Counted from the first letter of the stretch, positions 39,976 to 53,057 are shown. The stretch: DNA of 64,000 nt from Candidatus Latescibacterota bacterium (GCA_965219455.1 OZ244744.1:4608001-4672000); one strand, 5' to 3'. The notes: generated by a model from the sequence alone, not told the origin. Program-made: numbers and translations.

Positions 39976-40812
39976 ATGGTGCTTGACGAAGATCGCCTGA
40001 AGTCGATTCTGAATCAGGACCACTCCTATTACGGCTCGCGGCCGGCGAAGTACCGCACTGACTCAGACATTGCGCCTCGGGCAAGGGAAATTATCGCGTC
40101 GCAGTTTCGCCCTGAGATGCGAGTCCTGGATATCGGGTGTGGGAAGGGCGGGACTCTGGTACAGAATGCCGATTGCTTTGACTCAGCTCTCGGTGTCGAC
40201 AACGACCCCAGCCACATAGAACTGGCTGAAGAGGCCCTGAGAAACAGCAAAGCGCGGAACGTAGAGTTCAGGCTTCTGGACTTCCTTGCGGAAGGAGAAA
40301 CCCTGGCGCCTGAATCGTTTGACTTTGTCTACACCGAACGGGCACCCATCGGGTATGACAGCTTTGGAGTACAGGCCGCTTTGCGAGTCCTGAAGCCGGG
40401 AGGTCTCATATTCTGTGAACTGATAGGGGAACTGCACCATCAAGAGGTGGGCGAGGTTTTTGGCGACAAGACACGGCTGAGCCAGATGATCACCGTTCAA
40501 GACCAGATGCGCGTCTCAATGGAAAGGAACGGCGTAGGGATTCGATTTGCAGCCGACGTCGTTGAGAAACGGATCTATCCGGACGTTTACGAATGGCTTC
40601 AGTTTCAATGTTCTATCTGGGCCTGGGGCGGGGGTTCGCTTCCCCGTTATGACGACCCTCGCCTGAAGCTGTTCGCTGAGCGCAATACCACGTCATCCGG
40701 CGAGATCGAGACCACGCACCACGTAACCTGGGTAGGGGGAGTCAAGCTCTCCGAAAACCCTTATCCGGAGTTCGATCAATTTCAATCCCATAGCAAACCA
40801 CATGAAAAGTGA
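39976..40812 (+). CDS. Class I SAM-dependent methyltransferase
   Basis: VLDIGCGKG, LKPGG. Confidence 0.9.
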   Translation: MVLDEDRLKSILNQDHSYYGSRPAKYRTDSDIAPRAREIIASQFRPEMRVLDIGCGKGGTLVQNADCFDSALGVDNDPSHIELAEEALRNSKARNVEFRLLDFLAEGETLAPESFDFVYTERAPIGYDSFGVQAALRVLKPGGLIFCELIGELHHQEVGEVFGDKTRLSQMITVQDQMRVSMERNGVGIRFAADVVEKRIYPDVYEWLQFQCSIWAWGGGSLPRYDDPRLKLFAERNTTSSGEIETTHHVTWVGGVKLSENPYPEFDQFQSHSKPHEK

Positions 40813-40824
40813 GGCGGATATTCC

Positions 40825-41505
40825 ATGGCAAGATTTGTAGGTATCGGGGAGTGTGAGTCTGTCTCGGGTGCGGCAGTTGTTATCGATGTGATGCGAGCGT
40901 ATACCGTAGCCGCGTGGGCGATGCATCTGGGCGCGTCGCGTATGATTCTGGTTGACGACCTTGAAGAAGCCCTGAAACTCAAGTCACGGCTTCCTGGATC
41001 CCTAGCGTTGAAGGATGGTGCGCCGGCAAAGGGTTTCGATCTGTATAATTCACCCGCGGACCTGCAGGACGCGGACATCCGGGGCAAAACCATCGTGCAA
41101 CGGACAACGGCCGGAACGATTGGCGCGGTTGCCGTGCGCCATTGCAAACCACTGATCTGCACGGGCTTCGTCTGCGCATCGGCAGTCGCCCGGAGAATAC
41201 GCGACCTGGCGCCGGATGAGTTGACCTATGTCGTAACAGGTGAGGAGGGAACGGCAGAGGAGGACCTGTCTTGCGCTGAATTTATCGATGCTCTCGTTCG
41301 AGATCCGCGAACGGAGCCGGCCCCGTACATCCGCAGAGCTTCCGAATCCAAAGCAGCGGTCGATATCCGCCAGGCAGCGGCTGCGGGCGAAGAGGGTATC
41401 AATCCACGAGACGTCGAAATGTGTTTAGATGCGGACCGGTTCGACTTTACGCTTGAGGCCTTAATGGAAGATGAGCTTCTCGTCCTGAGGAAGCTGGAGA
41501 CATAG
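40825..41505 (+). CDS. 2-phosphosulfolactate phosphatase (ComB) family
   Basis: VVIDVMRAYT, NSP, TTAGT, EEDLSCA. Confidence 0.88.
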   Translation: MARFVGIGECESVSGAAVVIDVMRAYTVAAWAMHLGASRMILVDDLEEALKLKSRLPGSLALKDGAPAKGFDLYNSPADLQDADIRGKTIVQRTTAGTIGAVAVRHCKPLICTGFVCASAVARRIRDLAPDELTYVVTGEEGTAEEDLSCAEFIDALVRDPRTEPAPYIRRASESKAAVDIRQAAAAGEEGINPRDVEMCLDADRFDFTLEALMEDELLVLRKLET

Positions 41506-41581
41506 ATTCCGTTCATTGCTGGTTCAGCTTGGACGTTATCCGCCCTGCATTGTGACATTGTCCGCTTGAAAGAGCACAGCC

Positions 41582-42190
41582 ATGGAATCTTCGAAGATCA
41601 CCTTTGTCAGCGATCGGGATGGGACCTTCGATCTCTTCGTTATGGATGCGGACGGAAGCAATAAGACGAACATCACCCGTACCGCGGAATGGGAGGAAGA
41701 TCATCCGAGATGGTCCCCCGACGGCACGTGCATCGCATACTGCGACCGGCGTCACGGAAAGGGTGAGATCTACCTGATAGACGCAGATGGGAGGAATCCG
41801 AAGCCACTGACCCGCAATTCGGCTCCCGATCTACGGCCACACTGGTCGCCGGATGGACAGACGATCATCTTTACCACTGATCGCAACGACGGGGATCCTG
41901 CCTGGTCACCGGACGGGAAGTGGATTGCCTTCAACTCGGACCGCGACGGTGACACCCAGGTCTACGTCATGAGAGCGGATGGGTCCCACCCCAGACGCCT
42001 CACCAACCTTGAAAAGGGTGTTGGAGAACTCTCATGGTCTCCGACCTGTCATCAGATCGTCTTTACAGCCAACAGAGACGGACGTCAGCAGATTTACCGG
42101 ATCGATTTCGACGGCGGGAACCTGATCAATCTCTCCAACAGCCCGTCCAATGATTTTGCCGCCGATTGGGGGCCAAAGATCGTGCAGTGA
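41582..42190 (+). CDS. TolB-like PD40 repeat protein
   Basis: Repeated P.WSPDG..I.F. Confidence 0.88.
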   Translation: MESSKITFVSDRDGTFDLFVMDADGSNKTNITRTAEWEEDHPRWSPDGTCIAYCDRRHGKGEIYLIDADGRNPKPLTRNSAPDLRPHWSPDGQTIIFTTDRNDGDPAWSPDGKWIAFNSDRDGDTQVYVMRADGSHPRRLTNLEKGVGELSWSPTCHQIVFTANRDGRQQIYRIDFDGGNLINLSNSPSNDFAADWGPKIVQ

Positions 42191-42267
42191 GCATTCAGGA
42201 GTTCTTATTCGGTGGCGGGCCCGGCCGCGCCACGCCGGAGATTTGTGAAGAATGACGGAGGTTCACA

Positions 42268-42639
42268 GTGCGATTTAACGGCATTTGTATCGTTACAGAC
42301 AATGTGCCTGGCTTATGCGCCTTCTACAGGGAGATTTTAAAGCTTGAACCTGAAGAAGCGAATATCTTCGAGATTATTCCGACGGAGGGGGCGGTCCTGT
42401 CGATCTACTCCTCGGAACGCACGGAAAAGGCAGCGCCCGGATGCCTGAACGGGGCTGGAACCGGCAGCTATACAATCGAGTTTGAGGTAGAAGACGTCGA
42501 CGGGGAATTCGAACGCCTGACGGCGATGAATGTCGAGATTGTCAAACCGCCCACAACCCAGCCGTGGGGTCGTCGGTCCGTCTGGTTTCGGGACCCGGAC
42601 CGGAACATCATTAATTTCTATGCCAATGTGCAGGATTAG
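42268..42639 (+). CDS. VOC/glyoxalase protein
   Basis: FEVEDVD, PWGRRSVWFRDPD. Confidence 0.9.
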   Translation: MRFNGICIVTDNVPGLCAFYREILKLEPEEANIFEIIPTEGAVLSIYSSERTEKAAPGCLNGAGTGSYTIEFEVEDVDGEFERLTAMNVEIVKPPTTQPWGRRSVWFRDPDRNIINFYANVQD

Positions 42640-42693
42640 AATGGATGCGAACGGTGTTAACGAAGTGGATCAAGTTCGTGGAGTTTCACGATA

Positions 42694-43524
42694 ATGAGGC
42701 GCCGAATGGATCGGATTGCGGCACATTACGGTAAAAAGAGTGAGAGCCAGCGTCTCCTGGGCGGCAGAGGCGAACTGGAATTCGTCCGTACAAAGCAGAT
42801 TATAGAGCAGTATGTGCCGGACAAATCCGGACTGTCGATCGCGGACGTCGGCGGAGGTACCGGTCCCTACGCGTTCTGGCTTGCGGGGAAGGGACATCGG
42901 GTTTCACTGTTTGATCTGGCGCCTGAACACATCGATGAGGCTGTGTCGATCAACAAAACCGCGCGAAGGCCGCTTACCCGGATCGAGGTCGCCGATGTCA
43001 GGTCAATTGAACCTGGATCGGGACAATATGACGTCGTGCTGCTCCTGGGACCCATGTACCATCTCACCAGCGCAAAGGAACGCATGCAGATCCTGCGGAA
43101 AGCCGCCGACTGGCTGACACCCGACGGCGTTGGGCTTGTGGCCTATATCTCACGGTTTGCATCGATGTTGGACGGTTTCACGCAGCGCCTTTACGAAGAT
43201 CCGGAATTCCTGGATATTGTGAGGCAGGACCTGGAAACGGGCGTCCACCGCCCCAGCCGGGACAATACGAGGTATTTTACCGATGCGTATTTCCACCATC
43301 CGGATGAGATCGAGCGGGAGGCCAGGAAGGCGAATCTACAGGTCGTGGACCTCGTCGCCGTAGAGGGAATTGCGTGGATGTGGCAGAATTTCGACGAGAT
43401 GTGGGCGGACCCGCGAGAACGCGCCATCATGCTCGAGATGATCGACCGATCGGACCGGGACCGTTCTCTCATGGGCGTAAGCAGCCACATTCTTTTGGTT
43501 TTCAAAAAGCGCGGCGTTGCATAA
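42694..43524 (+). CDS. Class I SAM-dependent methyltransferase
   Basis: DVGGGTG, LLGPMYHL. Confidence 0.9.
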   Translation: MRRRMDRIAAHYGKKSESQRLLGGRGELEFVRTKQIIEQYVPDKSGLSIADVGGGTGPYAFWLAGKGHRVSLFDLAPEHIDEAVSINKTARRPLTRIEVADVRSIEPGSGQYDVVLLLGPMYHLTSAKERMQILRKAADWLTPDGVGLVAYISRFASMLDGFTQRLYEDPEFLDIVRQDLETGVHRPSRDNTRYFTDAYFHHPDEIEREARKANLQVVDLVAVEGIAWMWQNFDEMWADPRERAIMLEMIDRSDRDRSLMGVSSHILLVFKKRGVA

Positions 43525-43830
43525 CAACACGATTCTTGCCTCACCGCTTACGACCCTTCGTCCTGGTGGGCAACCTCGCGACGCCTTCGACGAACTCAGG
43601 GCAGAAGCTCAGAGGCCTCGCGCCCAAGCAACTGATCGGGTACGGCTTTACATGCCACAGCTTTGGAGCGGGGCTCAATGACGTTCGTTGAGCTTGTCGA
43701 AACGCCGACATTGAGCCTGTTAAAACGTGGCCGTCGCCGGCCCTTCGACCCTTCGACAAGCTCAGGGACCAAAAGCGCAGGGAGCCGGCTCGGCTTCTGC
43801 GACTCCGCCTCAAGGGGGGAGTGATTGGGC
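43519..43830 (+). repeat. Degenerate attC plus cluster of REP-like repeats
   Basis: GCATAAC at stop; TTCGACGAACTCAGG, TTGAGCTTGTCGAA, CCCTTCGACCCTTCGACAAGCTCAGGG, CTCCGCCTCAAGGGGGGAG. Confidence 0.6.
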
Positions 43831-43907
43831 CGCCAAGCGGGCTTGCGTGTTGACTTCCACCTGTTTGTTTGCGGCTGAGAAAACGAAGCCGCGACTGGTA
43901 CAACTCG

Positions 43908-44729
43908 ATGCAGGAATTACCTCAGGGAAGGAAGAGCCGGATCGAGGTTCTTCCAGGCGGTAGCAAGATAAAAAAAACATACAACGAAAACGGAGCGCCA
44001 GCGCAGAAGTACCGCCGGGAGGTTGGATTCTACATTCACTATGGCGAGTCCGACTTGATTCCGAGACTGATCCGGTCCGAAATGGATAAGAATATCACCA
44101 TCGAAAGGATTTCAGGCCAGAGACTTGCAGATCGGTTGCCGCTCCCGCGCGAGATGTTGATTTCCCTTGCAGACGACTACACTCAGAGTTTGGTGGAGCT
44201 CTTTGCAGTCTCAACCGGCATCGATAGCAAGGCCAGGGAAGAGTACTATGGCGGGCTGGGCGCGGAGGATAACCTCGCATTGCTGCTTGCAGGGCTCGAT
44301 CGCCTGGGCGATCAGTACGATAGGCACCCTATCATTGTCGACCTTCGCAGTTCAGTTGGTCAGATAGAGCTTGATGAGGAGCTCTTGATAAAGCTCGATT
44401 GGAATCTTGGGAACGTCTTCTTTCGTCACGGCAGGATCCACAAATTCATCGACTTCGAGCAGGCGTTTGTCGGCACGAAGGCAATTCTGGCCGGCATCCT
44501 GCTCCACAACCCGATATGGCCGGCTGTTCGGATCTTTCGTGGATTGAAGGATGGCGGATTTATCAAATCTGGTGTCAGAGATTTCCGGAAATATATCTCC
44601 TACGGTTTCGCGGCAGTCCTCGTGGACTCGATCGATAGGCGAGGGGGCATCTGGGCTCCGGAACGACTCGAGTCTGCCTTCGAAAGACACGTGACAGCCC
44701 GCTACAGCGAGATCGCAGAAGCAATGTAA
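43908..44729 (+). CDS. Protein-kinase-like/APH-fold phosphotransferase
   Basis: IKK, REV, KLDWNLGN, IDFEQA. Confidence 0.7.
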   Translation: MQELPQGRKSRIEVLPGGSKIKKTYNENGAPAQKYRREVGFYIHYGESDLIPRLIRSEMDKNITIERISGQRLADRLPLPREMLISLADDYTQSLVELFAVSTGIDSKAREEYYGGLGAEDNLALLLAGLDRLGDQYDRHPIIVDLRSSVGQIELDEELLIKLDWNLGNVFFRHGRIHKFIDFEQAFVGTKAILAGILLHNPIWPAVRIFRGLKDGGFIKSGVRDFRKYISYGFAAVLVDSIDRRGGIWAPERLESAFERHVTARYSEIAEAM

Positions 44730-44774
44730 AAGCGAGCGAACAGGCCGTCTGCGCTGATCAATGGAGTCCACTGA

Positions 44775-45251
44775 ATGCGATCGTACACGCATACGCCGGA
44801 CGGGTACAGATGTCCATTCTGCCTGGTTGTGAAGGGAATCGAGAACGAAGTCGTTGCTACAAAGCAGCAGGACATCGTGTTTCGTGATGGTAACGTAACG
44901 GCGTTCATCTCTTCCTCCTGGTGGCCTGAGAATCCCGGTCATGTTCTCGTTATTCCCAATGAACACATTGAGAATATCTACACGATGCCAACCCGCTTGC
45001 TGGCCAGAATCCAGGAACTCGCCAGAGAGGTTTCTATCGGATTCAAAGAAATCTACGAATGCGACGGGGTCTCATCGCGCCAGCACAATGAACCTGCCGG
45101 GAACCAGGATGTTTGGCACTATCACCTGCACGTCTTCCCTCGATGGAAAAACGACCGGCTATATCACGAACATCGCAACTCCACGACTCCAGAAGCGCGA
45201 AGACCCTATGCTGAAAGCCTGCGAGCGTGGCTGAGTACGAGACTGGGTTAG
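44775..45251 (+). CDS. HIT family protein
   Basis: CPFC, GHVLVIP, HYHLH. Confidence 0.92.
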   Translation: MRSYTHTPDGYRCPFCLVVKGIENEVVATKQQDIVFRDGNVTAFISSSWWPENPGHVLVIPNEHIENIYTMPTRLLARIQELAREVSIGFKEIYECDGVSSRQHNEPAGNQDVWHYHLHVFPRWKNDRLYHEHRNSTTPEARRPYAESLRAWLSTRLG

Positions 45252-45302
45252 AACACACCGCAGAAGGATAGTCTGAATAAACGGATTGCCAACAGGTAAG
45301 GA

Positions 45303-45565
45303 CCCCTCCCCCCGGCCCCCTCTCCTGCGAGGAGAGGGGGAGACGAACGAAGTGGTGAGTAAACAATGTTTTATTCAAGTTCTGATTGATTGTTAAACGC
45401 GATCTCGTCACGTTCTCAAGCGCAACATGGTGACCAATCAAGATATCTAGCGGGGATTTCTTCATCAATCGAAACGTCTTCAGCCGATTTAGCCGTTCAT
45501 CAACTGATCTGTGTTCCCCCCTTTCTCTCAGGAAGGGGGATAGGGGGTAGGTCTGGTCTGTTTCA
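45303..45565 (-). mobile_element. Hairpin-flanked mini-element (DUF559-derived), copy B
   Basis: Reverse complement aligns with 25293-25552, including both hairpins. Confidence 0.7.
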
Positions 45566-45658
45566 AAATAACGAAATCGAGAGTGTTCCGTACATTAAGC
45601 CACGGACATCGTTTCATTTGGTCAGCCAGACGTAACAGAAGAAAGGACTGGATAAACC

Positions 45659-46975
45659 ATGAACCGGATCCAATTGAGATTCACACTGATGTTGCTCGCT
45701 ACGTTGGTCCCCGTCTCTTCGGTTTCGGCGGACGATTGGCCGCAGTGGCGAGGACCGGCCCGGGACGGTGTCTGGCGTGAAACCGGGATAATCAAAGCAT
45801 TCGACGGGACGGAGATCCCGATCCGCTGGCGAGTGCCAATCGGCAGCGGCTATAGCGGCCCCAGCGTCGCAGACGGGCGCGTTTACGTTACGGACCGTCT
45901 TGCGAAACCGAAACAGGTGGAACGGGTTCACTGTTTTGCTTGGGAAACGGGAGAACTGATCTGGTCCTACACGTACGATTGCGAGTACAGGATTGAATAT
46001 GTTGCAGGTCCCCGCGCGACAGTTACCGTTCACAATGGCCTCGCTTACGCCCTTGGGGCGATGGGGCATCTCCACTGCTTTGACGCGGCGACGGGCGAAT
46101 TGAAGTGGAAGCGAGACTTAAACACCGAGTACAATATTGCGATGCCAACGTGGGGAATTGCAAGCGCGCCGATCGTTGAAGGATCAAACCTGATTATCCA
46201 GATCGGAGGTACGCCCGGAGCATGTATCGTCGCTTTCGACCGCGAAACCGGAGCTGAAAGATGGAAGGCTCTTGACGACAAGGCATCTTACTCCGCGCCG
46301 ATTTTAATCACACAGGGCAACGCGCGCGTCCTGGTCTGTCGGACAGCCGAGAGTATCGTCGGTCTCAACCCGAAGACGGGCGGCGTGTATTGGCGCCATC
46401 CTTTTCCGCCGCATCGCATGGAGATCGGAATCGCATCTCCTGTTTATTATCGCAACGAGTTGTTTTTCACTGATTTCTCTGATGGATCGTTGTTGCTGAG
46501 ATTGAATCCGGATAAGCTGACAATGCAATTCGGTTGGCACCGTAAGGGTAAAGACGAGCGGAACACGGAGGCCCTCCATTCCACGATGTCAACGCCGATC
46601 CGACTTGGCGATTTCATCTACGGTGTGGATAGCTACGGGGAACTCCGCTGTCTCGATGCCCGAAACGGCGATCGGATCTGGGAAGACCTCACCGCGGTAC
46701 CCAAAGCCCGCTGGAGCAACATCCATTTTATCAGGAACGGCGATAGGGTCTGGATGTTCAATGAGCGCGGCGAACTTCTGATTACCACCCTCTCGCCGGA
46801 CGGGCTGAATGTCATCAGTCGCGCAAAACTGATCGAACCGACGCGCGACCAGTTGAATCGTCGAGGCGGCGTCACGTGGGCGCATCCTGCGTTTGCTTAC
46901 AAACATGTGTTTGCTCGAAATGATGAAGAACTGGTCTGTGCCAGTCTGGCGAAAAGCGAAAACGGGAATGATTAG
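45659..46975 (+). CDS. Secreted PQQ-binding-like beta-propeller protein
   Basis: Signal peptide, DWPQWRGP, repeated A.D..TG...W. Confidence 0.9.
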   Translation: MNRIQLRFTLMLLATLVPVSSVSADDWPQWRGPARDGVWRETGIIKAFDGTEIPIRWRVPIGSGYSGPSVADGRVYVTDRLAKPKQVERVHCFAWETGELIWSYTYDCEYRIEYVAGPRATVTVHNGLAYALGAMGHLHCFDAATGELKWKRDLNTEYNIAMPTWGIASAPIVEGSNLIIQIGGTPGACIVAFDRETGAERWKALDDKASYSAPILITQGNARVLVCRTAESIVGLNPKTGGVYWRHPFPPHRMEIGIASPVYYRNELFFTDFSDGSLLLRLNPDKLTMQFGWHRKGKDERNTEALHSTMSTPIRLGDFIYGVDSYGELRCLDARNGDRIWEDLTAVPKARWSNIHFIRNGDRVWMFNERGELLITTLSPDGLNVISRAKLIEPTRDQLNRRGGVTWAHPAFAYKHVFARNDEELVCASLAKSENGND

Positions 46976-47003
46976 GAGTCTTATGGAAGCTGACGGGGCT
47001 TGA

Positions 47004-47984
47004 GTGGATAAGCGATCGCTGCAGACCTTATCAAAAGACGAAAGAACAACAGTATTGCACGAGCTTGCCGAAGCCAGTCTTGCTGACTTCGATTTGACGG
47101 GAGGCTCGCTCATGTTGCTGCAGGACCTTGTGAATAGCTCATTCAGGGTTCAACACGACAGTCGGCAGTGGTACCTTCGCATTTACAATCCCCACAGGCA
47201 TAATGCCTCGGTTATCGAGTCGGAACTCCTGTTCCTGGGAGCGCTCACCAAAGTTGGCTTTCCAGCGCCTCGGCCGTTGCGTACGTGCAGTGACGGGATG
47301 CTTTGGGTGGCGTCACAGAGCCCGGTTGTAGAACCAATTCGAATATCAATATGCTCCTGGCTTCCGGGTGAAATATCGCGGCATGGCAAGACACCGCGGC
47401 ACTATGCCAGGCTGGGAACTGTGTTAGCGCGACTCCACGAGTTCTCCGCCAAATGGAATCCACCCGAAGGGTTTGAGCGACCCCGTTGCGATTGTGAAGG
47501 TATATACGGCAATCGCGGTGCTTCAGCACCGGAAGTTATGCGAGGCTGGGATAACATCGACCGTCCTCTTCGCTCGGATCTCGAATATGCAAAGAGAGCA
47601 CTTGAACAGGCGGAAAACGCTATTGGAACTGAATGCGTTCGGTACGGTTTGATCCACGCTGATCCGAGTTTCGGCAACGTCCTGTTTGATGGGGAAATAC
47701 CGTACCTGATCGATTTCGATGATATCGGGTACGGCCACTATGTATTCGATCTCGCGGTTGTCCTTGCTGGCGCATGGGGCAAGCCTGATTTCGAAGCGAA
47801 TCGCGCGGCTTTGTTGAAAGGATACGGGCAAATACGAGAATTGTCATCGGCAGAAATTGAGGCATTGCCAGCTGCCATGGCAGCAAGGGCGGCATCGCTG
47901 ATTTTCTGGCCCGCAGCTCAGGCATCGCAGCATCCATGGATTGAAGGACAATGGCAGCGCCTCAAGGAATACACGGAATCGTGA
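47004..47984 (+). CDS. APH/homoserine-kinase-like phosphotransferase
   Basis: LIHADPSFGN, IDFDDIG. Confidence 0.88.
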   Translation: MDKRSLQTLSKDERTTVLHELAEASLADFDLTGGSLMLLQDLVNSSFRVQHDSRQWYLRIYNPHRHNASVIESELLFLGALTKVGFPAPRPLRTCSDGMLWVASQSPVVEPIRISICSWLPGEISRHGKTPRHYARLGTVLARLHEFSAKWNPPEGFERPRCDCEGIYGNRGASAPEVMRGWDNIDRPLRSDLEYAKRALEQAENAIGTECVRYGLIHADPSFGNVLFDGEIPYLIDFDDIGYGHYVFDLAVVLAGAWGKPDFEANRAALLKGYGQIRELSSAEIEALPAAMAARAASLIFWPAAQASQHPWIEGQWQRLKEYTES

Positions 47985-48008
47985 TCGAAGTAAGGCATTA
48001 AATATCAA

Positions 48009-48126
48009 TCATAACACAGCGGTGTTGCGCTGCGGCGCAGAGTTTATCCTGAGCTTCTCGACGGGGTGGCTTGGCCTTCGGAAACCCTCGCCAAGCCTGG
48101 GCTTCGCAAACCGTGAGACGTTATCA
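48009..48126 (+). repeat. attC site with REP-like insert
   Basis: R'' TCATAAC; L'' CGGT[G]TTGCG pairs with CGCAAACCG leaving one extra base; R' GTTATCA. Confidence 0.85.
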
Positions 48127-48290
48127 ATGTGCCAGAAGACATTGTCCAAATGCCCGATTGATGGTTCTTCCGAACCGCCTCCACGTCAGGAAATTTCCAG
48201 GCTGCAACTTCACTTCGTTCCGCCCAAATTGAGAGAGCGTTGCGCGTGGCAGCGCGATTCACACTGCGCAGCCAGGACTTCGAGTTTTAA

Positions 48291-48848
48291 ATGAGTGATT
48301 CCGTGCCATATACAGTCGCTGTAATTGCAGATATCCACGGCAACGCCGTTCTCGAGGATCTGAAGCGTCGACCCTATGACTGTCTGGTTGTCGCCGGCGA
48401 CCTGGTGCTGAACGGACCCCGCCCGGGCGAGAGCCTGGACACGATACGAAATCTGGGGGCACCCACGATTTACGGGAATGCAGACCTGTTCGTCTTTGAT
48501 GAAGAATATTCCTTCGACGGCGTGGACTGGGTGAGAGAGAGGCTTGGATCAGATGGTTTGAACTATCTGAAGCGTCTGCCGTTTGAGCACAGGATAACCC
48601 CGCCGGGAGGCACGTCTCCGGAAGATGATCTTCTCATCGTTCACGCAACGCCTGTTGACGTGACCGGTGTGCTGGTTCTCCAGCCTGATCCATTCGGGCT
48701 TCTGACGGTTACGCCGGAGGAGGAGGCCAGGGTACTGCTCGGGGATGCGGAGGCCAATCTGATTGTGGCGGGGCACCTCCACTACGCGCCCTTTGGCGAG
48801 TCGTCGGCCCAAAGGATCCTTCAAGCCAGATTCAGACCAACCATGTAG
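48291..48848 (+). pseudogene. Metallophosphoesterase (YfcE-like), probably truncated
   Basis: ADIHGN, AGDL, GNAD, VHA, GHLH; lacks the usual C-terminal NPGS region. Confidence 0.6.
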
Positions 48849-49246
48849 AGTCGGAATCCCGAAAATACACGCTTGAAATGGTGGAGCGGACATTCTTGTC
48901 TGCTCACGTACATCAACACTTTCACACGCGCATCCTAAACGTCACGACGAGCCAATGTGCGGGTGTGAAGATGATTGATTTTCGACTAAAGCAGCGTGAC
49001 TGGCTCGGACGAAGACCTCTGGACTGGCCGCCTGAGTCGCGGCCGCTTTCGAGTATGTGGCTTAGGTACTCGGGTAGGAAACTAAACTGTGCGAAATGAC
49101 AATGCGTGTTATTAATATATCAGGTTAGAAAAATCCGGGTCCGAGTTTAACGCAGTATATTTGGGAGGAGCGGAGATCCTGAAACAACAGAGCGAGCGTA
49201 AGTTGGCAAAAACGGAAGTGGACGGCCAGGTTCGGATCACGACGAT

Positions 49247-50281
49247 ATGAATAACTCTGCGGCAATCGAAGCCATCTTGATCAAGCCTCACCTCGACCGA
49301 TTCTGCGAGGAATTCGGACTGTCGTCTGGAGAGCTTGAACCCGATTTTACCGGTTGGTCAAAGCATATTATCAAGTCTCCGGAACTCGTCTTTCTGTTTC
49401 CACGCCATCCCAGGTATCAGAATCAACTGAATACCGAGCTAAAACTGTATAAGCAGTTGAATGCCGTGGACGGGTTGCCGGTACCCCGATTCGTCAGGTC
49501 AGTCAATAGTTGCCAATGGAGCACGTACCCGTTCGGAGTTGTCACGCGCCTTCATGGGATGTTGCTTGGAACGATCGAACGATCCTTGCGTTCGATAGAT
49601 TATGAGCAGGTCCTCCGTACGGTTGGACGGCTTGCAGGAATCTGGCATAACCTTCAATTGGGCCCGGAAACAGGCTTCCTGAAACCGTTGACACAGGATC
49701 TCAAAGGCGATCATGCCGACTCGTATCGATGGATGTACGGGGCGCTCCAATCGAGGGCTCCGGAGGAAGTGCCGAGGCTATTCGAATCACTATTTCGGGG
49801 TCACGCTTCCAGCAATCTGAAGGACGAATTCAAAGCGTTGACTTCTGCAAACAATGTCGCCAGGTGGCAACAGTCGATTGCAGAGCTTGCCGGCATGGAC
49901 AATGTGCTTCTTCATGGCGATATCCACGAAGACCAGGTCCTGGTCCGGTCGGATCGTGACCTGGAAGTGACAGGGATCCTGGATTGGGGAAACGCAGGCG
50001 TCGGAAATCCCGCCCTCGAGTTCAACTTTGGCGAATGGGGAGGAGAGATCTGGCGTTACCGGGACGAATTTTCAGTATTTCGACAGGCTCTTTGGGGTGA
50101 GTACCTGGACGCAAGGGGACTTCACGGGCCGTCGTGGGAGTCGGTTCATCTCCTCTACAGCCTGCAGGAACTCATTTGGACAATGACTGCGCGAAAGTCC
50201 ATCGGGCACGGAGGAGGATCATATGAATCCGAAGTGGAACGTCTGCTTCGGACATTGAAGGAGACGACGGAAGCGCTATGA
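49247..50281 (+). CDS. APH-family phosphotransferase
   Basis: LPVP, LLHGDIHEDQ, ILDWGNA. Confidence 0.88.
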   Translation: MNNSAAIEAILIKPHLDRFCEEFGLSSGELEPDFTGWSKHIIKSPELVFLFPRHPRYQNQLNTELKLYKQLNAVDGLPVPRFVRSVNSCQWSTYPFGVVTRLHGMLLGTIERSLRSIDYEQVLRTVGRLAGIWHNLQLGPETGFLKPLTQDLKGDHADSYRWMYGALQSRAPEEVPRLFESLFRGHASSNLKDEFKALTSANNVARWQQSIAELAGMDNVLLHGDIHEDQVLVRSDRDLEVTGILDWGNAGVGNPALEFNFGEWGGEIWRYRDEFSVFRQALWGEYLDARGLHGPSWESVHLLYSLQELIWTMTARKSIGHGGGSYESEVERLLRTLKETTEAL

Positions 50282-50363
50282 GATCGGTGCTTGCAAACCG
50301 TGAAACTTATGGCGCAATGCCACATTCTCGATGAACCAGGATAAGGCTAACAGTCCGTTGATA

Positions 50364-52311
<1,948 letters not shown>

Positions 52312-52547
52312 AAGTCGCTCTGCAGGCGAGGTCGGGTCATTGTGGCCGAAGACAAGGCGCACGACCGCGTCGAATCGGGGGATTCGGGAAGGGAGTGCAA
52401 CGCAGTAATTCGGCCACAAGGGCCGGACGCAGCCCGGATGGACTTTTTCAACGGGCTGCTAAGGGTGCAGGCTAAGCTGAGGAAGGTTTCTGCACATCAG
52501 TTTACACGATCATTCACGCTTCGGCAATTTCCGTACATTCGCGGAAA

Positions 52548-53057
52548 GTGAGAAATGCAGTGGACGGGACGGTTATAAGGGAGTTGTCAGAATTCGACCC
52601 GGAGTGGCGGCACAAATACGATGTTGAAAAAAGAGGGCTTCTCGCAGTCTTCGGGGATGCAGCCCTCGAGATCGAGTATATCGGCAGCACATCCATCGAC
52701 GGTCTGGCCTCAAATCCGATCATCGACATTGCCGTTATGATAGAGCGCCACAATGACGCCGATAGCTTCACACAAGCCCTGGCTGCTGCGGGTTACACGT
52801 TCCATTCATTCAGTACCGAGCGGCATTTCTATGTGAAGGGGCGCCCGCGCGAGGTGCACCTGTCTGTTGCGTACGCCGACCAGGGTGGTTTCTGGCCAAG
52901 GCAGATCTTGTTCCGCGACTATCTGCGCATGCATCCGGCAGTGTGTAAAGAATACGCACAACTCAAGGCAGAACTGCTGAGGAGGGATCCGTCAGGTGAA
53001 TCGTACTCAGAGGGGAAGACAGGCTTCGTGTATCGAATCCTTGAGTTAGCCGGTTGA
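52548..53057 (+). CDS. GrpB family nucleotidyltransferase-like protein
   Basis: IEYIGSTSI, PIIDI, LFRDYLR, YAQLK. Confidence 0.9.
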   Translation: MRNAVDGTVIRELSEFDPEWRHKYDVEKRGLLAVFGDAALEIEYIGSTSIDGLASNPIIDIAVMIERHNDADSFTQALAAAGYTFHSFSTERHFYVKGRPREVHLSVAYADQGGFWPRQILFRDYLRMHPAVCKEYAQLKAELLRRDPSGESYSEGKTGFVYRILELAG

